Below, piece by piece: positions 31,501-40,951 of a DNA stretch of 64,000 nt. Every line of letters begins with the position of its first letter. The first letter of the stretch is position 1. The notes under the pieces were generated by a model. That model saw only the letters and a program-made list of their open reading frames with translations, was not told where the DNA came from and made no database searches. The position numbers and the translations under genes were made by a program. This stretch comes from an uncultured OCS116 cluster bacterium (GTDB taxonomy: Bacteria > Pseudomonadota > Alphaproteobacteria > Rhizobiales > TMED25): contig CACMIP010000002.1 in the NCBI GenBank assembly GCA_902613795.1, forward strand, positions 81,466-145,465, read 5' to 3'.

Positions 31501-32142
31501 ATCTACATAAGCATGTACAAGAGATGTATGTGTTCTTCGTATATATTTAATAGTTTTTGAAATTTCATGACCGAGTGTGACATTTTTGTGGCCAAGTTGA
31601 TTTAGTATACTTTGGATCTCAATTTCATAACCAGGGAATTTCCACCCATGAATTAAGCTTACACAAATTGAATTATAACTACCTATTTTTATTTGCTTTA
31701 ATTGCTTTGTGATTATTTTCCAATTTGGTTTTATGAAATCATTCCCACTCTTTGTGAGACGGATATCCAACTCTATCACTTTTGAAAATAACGGGATTGG
31801 CTTCTTGATTTCTAGTGAAAATATGTCTTGTCTACTTTGATAACCAATCGTTTGGCAGTCTCTAAAACCTTTTGGGACAATTAGAAGTATTTTTTCACCT
31901 GTTTTCTCCAAAAGGGCGTTTGTAGCTTTCGTTGTACCAACGGTTATATTCCCTATATTTTTAAGTTCTGTAGAGTTATCTGTTAAGATTTTTTTTATAC
32001 CGTTTGAAACAGGATCATCATGCTTGTTTTGAGACTGACTCAATACTTTTTCTAGAAATAGACTATTATTTGGGGAAAGAGCAATTATATCAGTAAATGT
32101 ACCACCTTTATCTATCCAGAAATTCCAATTATTTTTTTCCAT
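28576..32142 (-). CDS. Fused hydantoinase A/B family enzyme (5-oxoprolinase / N-methylhydantoinase-like, ATP-hydrolysing)
   Basis: 1188 aa with an N-terminal HyuA (hydantoinase/oxoprolinase, FWIDKGGTFTD, DMGGTSTD) fused to a C-terminal HyuB domain. Its stop overlaps the methyltransferase stop by 6 nt. Confidence 0.9.
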   Translation of the reverse strand: MEKNNWNFWIDKGGTFTDIIALSPNNSLFLEKVLSQSQNKHDDPVSNGIKKILTDNSTELKNIGNITVGTTKATNALLEKTGEKILLIVPKGFRDCQTIGYQSRQDIFSLEIKKPIPLFSKVIELDIRLTKSGNDFIKPNWKIITKQLKQIKIGSYNSICVSLIHGWKFPGYEIEIQSILNQLGHKNVTLGHEISKTIKYIRRTHTSLVHAYVDPIIRSDIDNLKKEINFDKNNISLRYMQSNGGLAEEKNFRGINSILSGPAGGVMGAISVGKNSGFKKIITFDMGGTSTDVSYFEGELEYKNEKTIDNQILQVPIIDIDTIASGGGSILEYRNSRMTVGPKSAGSFPGPMSYGKNGPLTLTDANLFLGKIIEKYFPKKFGHDGKSMLNKQIVSEEFKQLRDNIDSKMLPEDIAEGFIKIAVEKMCRVIRKIATRKGLHLEEHALVSYGGAGGQHACQIAENLEIKTVIINPLSSFLSAYGMAQSGEKYIKQESTFFEFDTKYRNKIDALIKKLQKENLVNTKSKTVSHLNLFYLKYKGTDQSICIKEKKSKIKCEDLIKNFRKIHKKIYGYNLNRKIILDMIQVETTPRHNKIELPIKKINTKNKFDYENFYSKGKWVKAIVCRIEKFYDIELTGPAMLIDDHSTIIIEEGWQATRDQSGNILIKRIKTSKTLRKADEAPIMLEIFNNHFMSVAETMGETLQRTAASINIKERLDYSCALFDNIGNLVANAPHIPVHLGSMDDCIKGLIKKNQSVKRGDIFINNSPNSGGTHLPDITIISPIFSEKTEDIIFYLATRGHHPDIGGIYPGSMTPEAKKLDDEGIIFDNFKIRMSDLTKNERLQKKLNSGKYPARNPELNIQDITAQVAANKIGEIQLRKIIDYYGLDVVLKQMYAIQENAKTACLGILKNIKPSSFNMALDNFNLKLKIKACSKGKKINFDFTGSSRESSDNFNAPLPITKAVIIYVLRCLINEDIPLNSGILEPVEISTDTNSIINPSKNAAVSAGNVEVSQALANCIFGALSIKASCQSTMNNIILGNDKFQYYETVCGGQGAGKNHNGCDAIQTNMTNSRSTDPEIFEEEYPIILSEISLVGKKQNNSKYAGGRGLRKIFFICDNMSCSLLSNNRKEHPFGLCGGEPGKLGSNIRIRNNVATEIEGNCQIELAIGDRLMITTPSGGGYGVKNNS

Positions 32143-32220
32143 AATAAATCTAAATTATTTCTGTTATAGCAACTATGAAAGACTATAATTAACATTTATG
32201 ATAATATAAAGTTTTAATAA

Positions 32221-32958
32221 ATGATAAGCCATAAATATAAATCACCAAATTATGGTGATCGAGTTAAGAATTCAAAAATTGAGTTTATAATAATTCATTA
32301 TACTGGCGTTGATATGCAATTTCACACAGTTATTAATTGGTTTCTTGATGAACGATCGAGAGTAAGTTGTCATTTTCTAATAGACAAATCAGGTGAAATT
32401 TATAATTTAGTTGATATCTCGAAGCGCGCTTGGCATGCAGGGAAATCATTCTGGAATAATCGCGTCGATATAAATTCAAATTCAATTGGAATAGAGTTAC
32501 ATAATGCAGGCAATGAAGATTTTACGCCTCGCCAGCTCAAGTCATTAGTAAAACTAATAAAAAAACTTATGAAGGACAATGAAATTCAAAGTTGGGATAT
32601 TTTGGGACATTCTGATGTTTCAATTGGAAGAAAGATTGACCCTGGAATAAAATTTCCATGGCACCAGCTTGCAAATGAAAAAATTGGTGTTTTTTCAGAT
32701 CTCCCACAAGATAATTTTGATATGGATAATTTAGATAAAAATAATCAGCAAAGCATCAAGGAAATACAAGCTAAACTTATCAGTATTGGATATCATGTAT
32801 ATAAATCTGGAGTTTTTGATACGCAAACTGTGGAGGCACTCAAGGCATTTCAGAGACACTGGAGGCCATTAAAAGTTAGTGGTATGCTTGATGTCTCAAC
32901 AAGACAAATACTTACAGAAGTACATAAAAAATTATTAGAGTTTAGAGGTGGTCATTAG
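32221..32958 (+). CDS. N-acetylmuramoyl-L-alanine amidase (amidase_2, AmpD/AmiD-like) with C-terminal peptidoglycan-binding domain
   Basis: Motifs IIIHYTG, HFLIDKSGEIY, AWHAG, NSIGIELHN and GHSDV..KIDPG are present. The C-terminus is PG_binding_1-like (IKEIQAKLISIGY..GVFDTQTVEALKAFQ). Confidence 0.85.
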   Translation: MISHKYKSPNYGDRVKNSKIEFIIIHYTGVDMQFHTVINWFLDERSRVSCHFLIDKSGEIYNLVDISKRAWHAGKSFWNNRVDINSNSIGIELHNAGNEDFTPRQLKSLVKLIKKLMKDNEIQSWDILGHSDVSIGRKIDPGIKFPWHQLANEKIGVFSDLPQDNFDMDNLDKNNQQSIKEIQAKLISIGYHVYKSGVFDTQTVEALKAFQRHWRPLKVSGMLDVSTRQILTEVHKKLLEFRGGH

Positions 32959-33000
32959 TCCTTGTGGACAATTGGTTATTATTTATGTTAAAAGAATTAT

Positions 33001-33342
33001 GCTAGATGGCTGGATGATCGCTATTTATTAGAGGAAAGTCCGGGCTCCACAGAGGAACAGTGCCGGATAACATCCGGCGGGGGTGACCCCAGGGAAAGTG
33101 CAACAGAAAATATACCGCCATGATCAAATGGTAAGGGTGAAATGGTGTGGTAAGAGCGCACCGCAATGGTGGTAACATCATTGGCAGTGTAAACCCCACT
33201 GGGAGCAAGACCAAATAGAGATGGAAATATGTCCTCTGCATTCTGCTATCTGGGTAGGTCGCTAGACTCAATGAGTAATCATGGAGCGAGATGAATGATC
33301 ATCGTCAAATTGACACAGAACCCGGCTTATAGGCCATCTAGC
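33001..33342 (+). ncRNA. rnpB: RNase P RNA, bacterial type A
   Basis: Contains the universally conserved GAGGAAAGTCCGGGCTCCACAGAGGAACAGTGCCGGATAACATCCGGCGGGGGTGACCCCAGGGAAAGTGCAACAGAAA and ACAGAACCCGGCTTATAGG blocks. The P1 helix pairs GCTAGATGGC (33001-33010) with GCCATCTAGC (33333-33342). This is the most GC-rich patch in the window. Confidence 0.93.
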
Positions 33343-33354
33343 CTCAGAATTTGG

Positions 33355-33369
33355 TTAATAAATAATTAA
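33355..33369 (+). promoter_or_regulatory. TTAA-N7-TTAA (CtrA-box-like) sequence upstream of mraZ
   Basis: TTAAtaaataaTTAA is an exact match to the alphaproteobacterial CtrA consensus spacing. However, such matches are expected by chance many times in DNA this AT-rich. Confidence 0.15.
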
Positions 33370-33377
33370 AAAAACCA

Positions 33378-33406
33378 TTGACTTCCAAAAAATACCATGT
33401 TATCCC
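33378..33406 (+). promoter_or_regulatory. Candidate sigma-70 promoter of the dcw operon
   Basis: TTGACT (33378-33383), a 17-nt spacer, then TATCCC (33401-33406). The -10 element is weak. It would place the transcription start upstream of the ATG at 33433. Confidence 0.3.
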
Positions 33407-33432
33407 ATAAATACCCATTTATGGATTTTTAT

Positions 33433-33891
33433 ATGCAATTATTTTTATCTAAATTTAAGAATAAAATTGATCAAAAAGGTCGCGTCTCAATACCCTCGCA
33501 GTTCAGGAATATTCTATTCCAAGATGGATCGCAAAAAATGTTCTGTTATCCATCCCTTGATGCAGAAGCAATAGACGCAGGAGGCGATAGTCTATCTCGG
33601 GATATTTATGCACTTATGGATAATCTTGATCCATACTCAGATGAGAAAGATTTTCTATCAACGGCACTTTTTGGGCTGTCTGAAGAACTGCGAATTGATA
33701 GTGATGGGCGTGTCATCTTAAGTGATGTCCTAATTCAGCATGCTAAGATTAGAGACGAAGTTATATTCGTAGGTTTGGGTCAAAAATTCCAAATATGGGA
33801 GCCAAATAGGTTCAGTAATTATTTGCAAGAAGCCCAAAAAAAGGTAAGAGAGCAAAGGTTATTATTGAGTAAGAAAAACAAAGGTTTTTAG
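33433..33891 (+). CDS. mraZ: Transcriptional regulator MraZ
   Basis: Two SpoVT/AbrB-like halves. MQLFLSKFKNKIDQKGRVSIPSQFR matches the canonical MraZ N-terminus (MF..........D.KGR.S.P). The track start at 33397 lies inside the predicted promoter. Confidence 0.9.
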   Translation: MQLFLSKFKNKIDQKGRVSIPSQFRNILFQDGSQKMFCYPSLDAEAIDAGGDSLSRDIYALMDNLDPYSDEKDFLSTALFGLSEELRIDSDGRVILSDVLIQHAKIRDEVIFVGLGQKFQIWEPNRFSNYLQEAQKKVREQRLLLSKKNKGF

Positions 33892-33892
33892 T

Positions 33893-34933
33893 GTGATGGA
33901 TAGTAGAAAAACTTCTACTGGCGGACCATATTATCACACACCTGTCATGACCAAGAAGGTGCTTGACGCATTATCACTAAGAGGAGGAAGTGTGTATGTG
34001 GATGGCACCTTTGGCGGGGGAGGGCATTCCAGCGCAATATTGGATTTATTTGATTGTGTAATTATTGCAACAGACAGAGACGTCAATTCTGCACCTATTG
34101 CAAAAAAACTTAATGAAAAATATCAGGATCGGATTAATTTTTATAATGCTAGCTACACGCAAATTCCAAGCTTACTTGATAGCCTATCAATTAAAGCGGT
34201 AGACGGACTATTGTTAGATCTCGGGGTATCATCCATGCAAATTGATGATCCAGAAAGAGGATTTTCATTTCAGAATGAAGGGCCCCTGGATATGCGGATG
34301 GGAATAAATGTAATCAGCGCACATGATGTTGTTAACAAGATGAAGGTGGAGCATTTATCCGAAATAATCAAAGACTTTGGTGAAGAAAGGCACTCAAATA
34401 TTATTGCGAATAGGATCAATGATTATAGAAAAAAAAATATTATCAACACCACCACTCAACTCAGCAAAATAATTATTGATGCCGTCGGAAATTTTTATAA
34501 AAAACAAAAAGGAGCCCATATTCATCCAGCAACTCGGACCTTTCAGGCAATAAGAGTTTTCGTAAATAATGAGTTTGAAGAATTATATACGTTGTTAATG
34601 GGCATTTGTGATCATATAAAAGTAGGTGGTCGAATTGCTACAATAACATTTCATTCTCTTGAAGATAGGATTGTTAAAAATATCTTTGACCATTTAACGG
34701 GTAGTAGTTCTTCAAAGTCAAGATATGAACCAAAAATTACAGATCAAGGGAATTATCCATTTATATATCCAGAAAAAAAATTCTATATACCAGATCGGGA
34801 TGAGATTGTAAAAAATCCGAGATCGCGTTCTGCAAAATTGAGATATATACAAAGAACAGAGCATTTGTTTAGAGAAAATTTAGATATTTATAGTATGAAA
34901 AAATATAAAAGGATATTAGAGGAATTAAAATGA
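33893..34933 (+). CDS. rsmH: 16S rRNA (cytosine1402-N4)-methyltransferase
   Basis: Contains HTPVM, VDGTFGGGGHS, DLGVSSMQIDDPERGFSF and ITFHSLEDRIVK. The GTG at 33893 is followed by an ATG at 33896. Confidence 0.95.
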   Translation: MMDSRKTSTGGPYYHTPVMTKKVLDALSLRGGSVYVDGTFGGGGHSSAILDLFDCVIIATDRDVNSAPIAKKLNEKYQDRINFYNASYTQIPSLLDSLSIKAVDGLLLDLGVSSMQIDDPERGFSFQNEGPLDMRMGINVISAHDVVNKMKVEHLSEIIKDFGEERHSNIIANRINDYRKKNIINTTTQLSKIIIDAVGNFYKKQKGAHIHPATRTFQAIRVFVNNEFEELYTLLMGICDHIKVGGRIATITFHSLEDRIVKNIFDHLTGSSSSKSRYEPKITDQGNYPFIYPEKKFYIPDRDEIVKNPRSRSAKLRYIQRTEHLFRENLDIYSMKKYKRILEELK

Positions 34934-35268
34934 CCAGATTATTATATATCTCAGTCTTAATATTATGCATCTTTACTTCTTTTATGCTGTATTTCTTGAG
35001 TTACGACAGCAAAAATATAAAGAGAGAGATATCTCAAGTTAAGGCTGCCATTGAAAATGAAAAATCTGATATAGAAACACTACATGCAGAGCTTAGCCTC
35101 TTGTCCCAACCAGATAGGATTCAAAACTTATCCAATCAATTTGGCTTAGAGTTAGAGCCAGTGAATGTGACGCAAATTAAAAAAATTGAGGATATTCCAC
35201 TTAAACCAGCTAACAAGGTCATGGACGAGCTCGTACAAAGATCACTCATTGGGTATACCGGCGACTAA
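34930..35268 (+). CDS. ftsL: Cell division protein FtsL (alphaproteobacterial type)
   Basis: 112 aa with a single N-terminal TM helix, a coiled coil and LHAELSLLSQPDRIQNLS. It sits between rsmH and ftsI. Confidence 0.7.
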   Translation: MTRLLYISVLILCIFTSFMLYFLSYDSKNIKREISQVKAAIENEKSDIETLHAELSLLSQPDRIQNLSNQFGLELEPVNVTQIKKIEDIPLKPANKVMDELVQRSLIGYTGD

Positions 35269-35300
35269 CGATAAAAGACTTATGAAAGATAGTTTATCAA

Positions 35301-36941
35301 ATGTTTCAAGCTCAAGATAATAAAGAAATAAAAAGGCTTCATTTAAGAATTAAGTTTCTATCTTTTTGTTTTTTTTTGGGCTTCATGGTTTTGTCAGCTA
35401 AAATTTTATACTTAGCAAATTTATCACTAGGACCAGTTATAAGTATTACTGAGAGTGATATACACAATATGAAGCGCCCCAATATCTATGACAGGAATGG
35501 TCATTTGGTAGCTTCAAACATAGCAATATCATCAGTTGCAATAAGACCCAATTTACTTAGAAATAAGGAAGATATTATTGATCGATTATTATTGGCAGTT
35601 CCTAGTTTTCTAAGAGAAGATCTTGAGTACAAAATATTTAATGATAAGAAGTTCGTCTGGCTAAAACGAGGTATAACGCCTAGCGAACAACATAGAATAC
35701 ATAATTTAGGGATACCCGGTATACAATTTATAGACGAAACAAAGCGCTTTTATAGCTCTGCAAATACTCTATCTAGTGTTATTGGTTACGTAAATATTGA
35801 TAACATTGGACAGGCAGGAGTCGAAAAATTTATCGATCAGCAGGTAGAGAGCGGTAATAGTTGGGATGTATACTTATCTGCAGATCTTGAGGTGAGCCAC
35901 GCCATGAGGGATGAGCTGATCAAATCGATGAATGAATATTCATCGATAGCGGCAGCTGGTGTATTGATGGATATTAATAATGGTGAAGTTATTGCAGCTG
36001 TCTCTTTACCTGATTTTGATCCCCAATATCATGCAGACGCACTTTTGCCCGAAAATATGAATAAGGTTACAAATTCATTATATGAGATAGGATCAACATT
36101 CAAGCCGTTCACCATTGCTATGGCATTAGATAGTGGCTTGGTCGATTTGGATACGGAATATGATGCGAGAAAACCAATTATTATTGGTGGGCATACAATT
36201 AGTGATTTTAGACCTCAAGAACGAGTTTTAACTGTATCAGAAATATTTACTCACTCCTCAAATATTGGTGCTGCAAAGATTGCTCTTGATTTTGGTACCG
36301 ATTATCACAAAGCCTTTCTGAAGAAATTGGGGTTATTAGACCCTGTATCAACTCAAATACAAAACTTACCAAGCAGCAGCATTCCTGCCAATTGGAAAGA
36401 AATAAACACAATGACGATTTCTTATGGTTATGGAATTTCAGTTACACCATTGCACGCTGCAGTTGCTGGCGCAACACTCTTTAATGGTGGAAGATTGCTT
36501 CAGCCCTCCTTTCTGAAGGTTGAAGATGAATCAAATATAATCTACAAACAAGTTTTGGAGCCTTCTACAAGTGAAAAGATAATGAGACTAATGTATATGA
36601 ATGTTGTCGATGGATCAGCAAAACGAGCTTCTGTTGATGGTATTTTTGTTGGTGGAAAAACTGGTACAGCTAATAAGCTGGTTGGCGCGGCATATGACAA
36701 AGAAAATCGTCGTACTACATTTATGGGTGCTTTCCCATTGGATGAGCCAAAATATATCATGTTTTTACTGCTTGATGAACCAAAGCCAACTAGTGACTCT
36801 CATGGGTTTGCAACTGCTGGATGGAATGTTGCTCCAACTTTCTCTAATATAGTTAGAAGGATTGCACCAATGTTAAAAATAAAACCCACTTCAATTGAAA
36901 AGCTCTATGACTATGATCAAATCTTAGTTGCCTCAAATTAA
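35301..36941 (+). CDS. ftsI: Peptidoglycan D,D-transpeptidase FtsI (PBP3)
   Basis: 546 aa with a TM anchor, a PBP dimer domain and the transpeptidase motifs STFK, SSN and KTGT. Confidence 0.92.
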   Translation: MFQAQDNKEIKRLHLRIKFLSFCFFLGFMVLSAKILYLANLSLGPVISITESDIHNMKRPNIYDRNGHLVASNIAISSVAIRPNLLRNKEDIIDRLLLAVPSFLREDLEYKIFNDKKFVWLKRGITPSEQHRIHNLGIPGIQFIDETKRFYSSANTLSSVIGYVNIDNIGQAGVEKFIDQQVESGNSWDVYLSADLEVSHAMRDELIKSMNEYSSIAAAGVLMDINNGEVIAAVSLPDFDPQYHADALLPENMNKVTNSLYEIGSTFKPFTIAMALDSGLVDLDTEYDARKPIIIGGHTISDFRPQERVLTVSEIFTHSSNIGAAKIALDFGTDYHKAFLKKLGLLDPVSTQIQNLPSSSIPANWKEINTMTISYGYGISVTPLHAAVAGATLFNGGRLLQPSFLKVEDESNIIYKQVLEPSTSEKIMRLMYMNVVDGSAKRASVDGIFVGGKTGTANKLVGAAYDKENRRTTFMGAFPLDEPKYIMFLLLDEPKPTSDSHGFATAGWNVAPTFSNIVRRIAPMLKIKPTSIEKLYDYDQILVASN

Positions 36942-36960
36942 CACAGTAGGATAGATAAAA

Positions 36961-38412
36961 ATGAAGCTTGAAAGGCTAATGAAATCCGAGGAGCTGCAGC
37001 ATCACAATTCCAATCAAACCATAACAGATATATGCTTGGATAGCCGATTAGTAAAAAATGGGAATTTATTTTTTCTTCTTGAGAGAAACACACAACTACA
37101 AGAAAAACATCTTAAACAAGCCATAAATAATGGCGCAGCTGGCATTATAGCTCCGAAAGAATTTATATTTGATAGTTCGGTAATAGATATACCCATTATT
37201 AAGGTAAACTCTATTCGTAAAACACTATCAGAAGTCAGCTCTAAGTTTTATCCAAAACAGCCAAGCAATATATTGGCAATTACTGGTACAAATGGAAAAA
37301 CCTCCGTTACAAAATTGACAGAAGAGATATGGCAACTGATGGGAGTCAAATCTTCTTCTATCGGGACCTTGGGTAACTCCGCTTCTAAAACATCAAGTAT
37401 ATTAACGACACCGGATCCAATCTCACTGCACAAGCAGGTAAATGCACTTGCTTCTGAGGGTTTCCATAATCTGGTGATTGAAGCATCAAGCCATGGACTC
37501 TCACAACTCAGAATGGACTCTTTGGAGATAGCGGGCGCGGCATTGACTAGCTTCTCACGGGACCATTTAGACTATCATAGCAGTATGGACTCGTATTTTA
37601 ATGCAAAAAAAAGATTATTTACCCACTTGTTACACCCAAAAGGCACAGCCGTGGTAAATTTGATTGATTTACCGTTGAGATATCATAATTTTATAAATTC
37701 AATAAGGGCTGAAAACTTAATCACAATAGGTAACAACAATGCATCAATTTCTATTTTGGATATAAATAGAGGAGATAATAACAACATTCAACTCCAACTT
37801 AATTGTTATGGTAAAAAAATAAACGTTACGACACCATTTATAGCACCTTTCCAAGCTATAAATTCAATAATAGCAGGATGCATGGCCACAATTAATACAG
37901 ATATTCTAATTCCAGAGGCATTCGCGGTGATTGAAAAATTAAGTGATGTTAGAGGAAGATTGGAGTGTGTTGCAAAATTAAAAGATAATAATATTTACAT
38001 TGATTACGCTCATACACCAGATGCCATGAAGTCTGTGCTTGGAGCTATAAGAATAATAACAAAAAATAGACTAATTATTGTTTTCGGTGCAGGCGGAGAC
38101 AGAGATACGGGCAAGCGCAGCATTATGAGTGACATTGCTGATAAATATGCAGATCTAATTATCATCACAGATGATAATCCGAGATTTGAAGACCCAAATT
38201 TAATACGAGGTCAATTAATGAAGCAATCCAGAAAATACATTGAGATCGCAAACCGCGAGGAGGCAATAAGTTATGGCATTTCTGAGTTATCATCAGAGGA
38301 TAATCTTCTCATATGTGGAAAGGGGCATGAAGAGTATATTATCTACGGGAAGGAGAAAATAGTTTCTTCGGATCACAGTATTGTTGAGCAAACTATAAAA
38401 AGGGCTAAATGA
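36961..38412 (+). CDS. murE: UDP-N-acetylmuramoyl-L-alanyl-D-glutamate--2,6-diaminopimelate ligase
   Basis: Mur ligase with P-loop ITGTNGKTSV and a DNPR motif (ITDDNPRFEDP). It is in the expected position in the dcw cluster. Confidence 0.95.
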   Translation: MKLERLMKSEELQHHNSNQTITDICLDSRLVKNGNLFFLLERNTQLQEKHLKQAINNGAAGIIAPKEFIFDSSVIDIPIIKVNSIRKTLSEVSSKFYPKQPSNILAITGTNGKTSVTKLTEEIWQLMGVKSSSIGTLGNSASKTSSILTTPDPISLHKQVNALASEGFHNLVIEASSHGLSQLRMDSLEIAGAALTSFSRDHLDYHSSMDSYFNAKKRLFTHLLHPKGTAVVNLIDLPLRYHNFINSIRAENLITIGNNNASISILDINRGDNNNIQLQLNCYGKKINVTTPFIAPFQAINSIIAGCMATINTDILIPEAFAVIEKLSDVRGRLECVAKLKDNNIYIDYAHTPDAMKSVLGAIRIITKNRLIIVFGAGGDRDTGKRSIMSDIADKYADLIIITDDNPRFEDPNLIRGQLMKQSRKYIEIANREEAISYGISELSSEDNLLICGKGHEEYIIYGKEKIVSSDHSIVEQTIKRAK

Positions 38413-39830
38413 ACGATAATTACAGGATAAATTGCAGCTTTGACTCTCTAAACTCAATAAATATCATAGATCAGAAAAGCGATATATATCTTAATAACAC
38501 AGAATATAATATATCTACCGATAGCAGATGTATTCAAAAAAATGACATATTTATAGCCTTAAGGGGTAGATATTCTGACGGGCATAATTTCTTATCACAG
38601 GCCTTTCATAATGGTGCATCTGCAGCAATAATTTCTGAAAAAAAAATTTTTGAAGAGTCAAATTTTCCACTCATTCTTGTACAAGACACGTACATAGCAC
38701 TATCAAAAATTGGTGAATATAATTTTAAAGATATCAAATCCCTCAAAATAGCTATTACGGGGAGTGTGGGTAAAACAACGACAAAAGACTATTTGAAAAA
38801 TATATTATCATATTATGAACCAACATTTGCTGCACCTGAGTCATTTAATAATGAATTGGGTATAGTACTATCGAAAGCACAAATATCCAAGATGGATAAG
38901 TATGCGATTTTTGAGATTGGCATGAATATGAAAAATGAAATAAGCAACCTATCAAAACTTATAAATCCTGATATTGCTATAATTACAAATATAGGTGAGG
39001 CACATATTGGAAATCTCGGCAGTAAAGAGAATATTGCAATTGAAAAGTCAAGTATTATTGATGGAATGTCGAGCGATGGAATTGTGCTGCTTCCAAGTGA
39101 TAGTGAATACTTTGAACTCTTACAAAACAAAGCTTTAGCGAAAAATTTACAGTCAATAACATTTGGCCATTCAAAAAAATCAGATATTCAAATAAGTAAA
39201 ATTACTCGGGGTAAGGGAAAAGTTTTTATTCAATTTAGAGTGTTTGGCGAGATTTTTGAAGCGTATTCAGATATGCAAAATATAAGCATTATAAATAATT
39301 ATCTTCCAGTTTTAGGTATTGCGCATATCTTAAATTATGATCTTAATGAGGTATTAAAAAATATTGTTAAATCAAATGTACAAAAATCACGATGGCAGGA
39401 GCTTGATTTTGAATTAGATGATGGGCAAGTAAAATTGATTGACGATACATATAATGCAAGCCCGACGTCAATGTTCGAGGCAATAAGATCCGTGGGTGAA
39501 TATGAAGACGGCCAAATATTACGTAAGATTATAATTATTGGTGACATGCTTGAGTTGGGAGAGTTCGAAGAAAAATATCATTCCGATTTGGTAAATCTTA
39601 TAAATAAGACGAATATTGACCATGTTTATTTTTGTGGCGAGTATTTAAGCTCTCTTTTTGGAATGGTCTCATCAAAAAAAAAGAAAAAACATTTCAGGTC
39701 TGTAAGGGATATTTGGTCAATTGAAGAGTTTGAGATAGCGGGAGGGGACTTAATATTTATTAAGGGAGGGAATAAGATAGGTTTAAATAATTTAGTTCAG
39801 GAATTTATTAATTATTTGGCATTAACATAA
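38409..39830 (+). CDS. murF: UDP-N-acetylmuramoyl-tripeptide--D-alanyl-D-alanine ligase
   Basis: Mur ligase with P-loop ITGSVGKTTTK and a DDTYNASP motif. It overlaps murE by 4 nt. Confidence 0.93.
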   Translation: MNDNYRINCSFDSLNSINIIDQKSDIYLNNTEYNISTDSRCIQKNDIFIALRGRYSDGHNFLSQAFHNGASAAIISEKKIFEESNFPLILVQDTYIALSKIGEYNFKDIKSLKIAITGSVGKTTTKDYLKNILSYYEPTFAAPESFNNELGIVLSKAQISKMDKYAIFEIGMNMKNEISNLSKLINPDIAIITNIGEAHIGNLGSKENIAIEKSSIIDGMSSDGIVLLPSDSEYFELLQNKALAKNLQSITFGHSKKSDIQISKITRGKGKVFIQFRVFGEIFEAYSDMQNISIINNYLPVLGIAHILNYDLNEVLKNIVKSNVQKSRWQELDFELDDGQVKLIDDTYNASPTSMFEAIRSVGEYEDGQILRKIIIIGDMLELGEFEEKYHSDLVNLINKTNIDHVYFCGEYLSSLFGMVSSKKKKKHFRSVRDIWSIEEFEIAGGDLIFIKGGNKIGLNNLVQEFINYLALT

Positions 39831-39852
39831 TAATTGACATGGAAATTTTGAT

Positions 39853-40938
39853 ATGCTGATTTTACTAATTGATGAACTAATAAGTTTTTTTCCAGTGCTT
39901 AATGCTTTTGCATACATAAGTACAAGGACAGTTGCTGCAACTTTCACATCAGGTTTGATTGTTTTCCTCTTGAGCCCCCCTATGATAAGATTTTTAAAAA
40001 AACACCAAAAGAATGGCCAGCCAATTAGAGCCGATGGACCAAAGAGGCATATAATAGAGAAATCAGGCACACCAACGATGGGGGGCGTTATAATTTTGCT
40101 TGGTGTGATTGTATCTTCTCTGCTCTGGGCTGATTTATCAAATAGATACATATGGGTTGTAGGTTTTGTTGCGTTATTTTTTGGTTTGATTGGGTTTTAT
40201 GACGATTATCTTAAAGTATTTAATTCATCATCTAGGGGATTGGGCAGTACTTACAAAATAATGTTACAGGCATTTATATCCATAATTTCGATATATTTTC
40301 TGACCAGGCATGTTGTGGATTTCAACACGGTAGTATTTTTACCTTTTCTGAAGGATTTCTCAATCAACCTGGGTATTTTTTTTATTATTTTTTCAACTCT
40401 AGTCATAGTAGGATCAAGTAATTCTGTAAACCTGACGGATGGTCTTGATGGGCTGGCTATTATGCCAGTCATGATCGCAATTGGAAGTTTTGGCTTAATC
40501 GCATATTTAACAGGAAATATTCTTTTTTCTGAATATCTAAATATACAATACATGCCAGGATCAGGGGAATTAGCAATTGTATGTGGAGCAGTTATTGGGT
40601 CGGGCATAGGCTTTTTGTGGTATAACGCTCCTCCAGCAATGATTTTTATGGGAGACACTGGATCTTTATCACTTGGCTCAATTATAGGAATTATCGCAGT
40701 TATAACAAAGCACGAGTTTGTTCTTTTGATAATTGGTGGACTTTTTGTTTTAGAGGCAACCTCTGTGATTGTGCAAGTAATTAGTTTTAGATTAACGGGG
40801 AAACGAATATTTAAGATGGCACCATTACACCATCACTTTGAACAGAAAGGTTGGAGCGAGCCTACAATCGTTATTCGTTTTTGGATAATATCATTAATCT
40901 TAGCACTAGTAGGCTTACTAACATTAAAATTAAGATAA
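39853..40938 (+). CDS. mraY: Phospho-N-acetylmuramoyl-pentapeptide-transferase
   Basis: 361 aa polytopic membrane protein with motifs [24 protein letters not shown] and [10 protein letters not shown]. Confidence 0.97.
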   Translation: MLILLIDELISFFPVLNAFAYISTRTVAATFTSGLIVFLLSPPMIRFLKKHQKNGQPIRADGPKRHIIEKSGTPTMGGVIILLGVIVSSLLWADLSNRYIWVVGFVALFFGLIGFYDDYLKVFNSSSRGLGSTYKIMLQAFISIISIYFLTRHVVDFNTVVFLPFLKDFSINLGIFFIIFSTLVIVGSSNSVNLTDGLDGLAIMPVMIAIGSFGLIAYLTGNILFSEYLNIQYMPGSGELAIVCGAVIGSGIGFLWYNAPPAMIFMGDTGSLSLGSIIGIIAVITKHEFVLLIIGGLFVLEATSVIVQVISFRLTGKRIFKMAPLHHHFEQKGWSEPTIVIRFWIISLILALVGLLTLKLR

Positions 40939-40951
40939 AATTATAGACAAA

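Noticed and set aside
33002-33271. An 89-aa minus-strand ORF (MSLATYPDSRMQ..), relatively GC-rich and with unusual Pro, Leu and His content.
   Set aside because: It lies entirely inside the RNase P RNA gene. The open frame is a by-product of the GC-rich structured RNA on the opposite strand and is not a protein gene.
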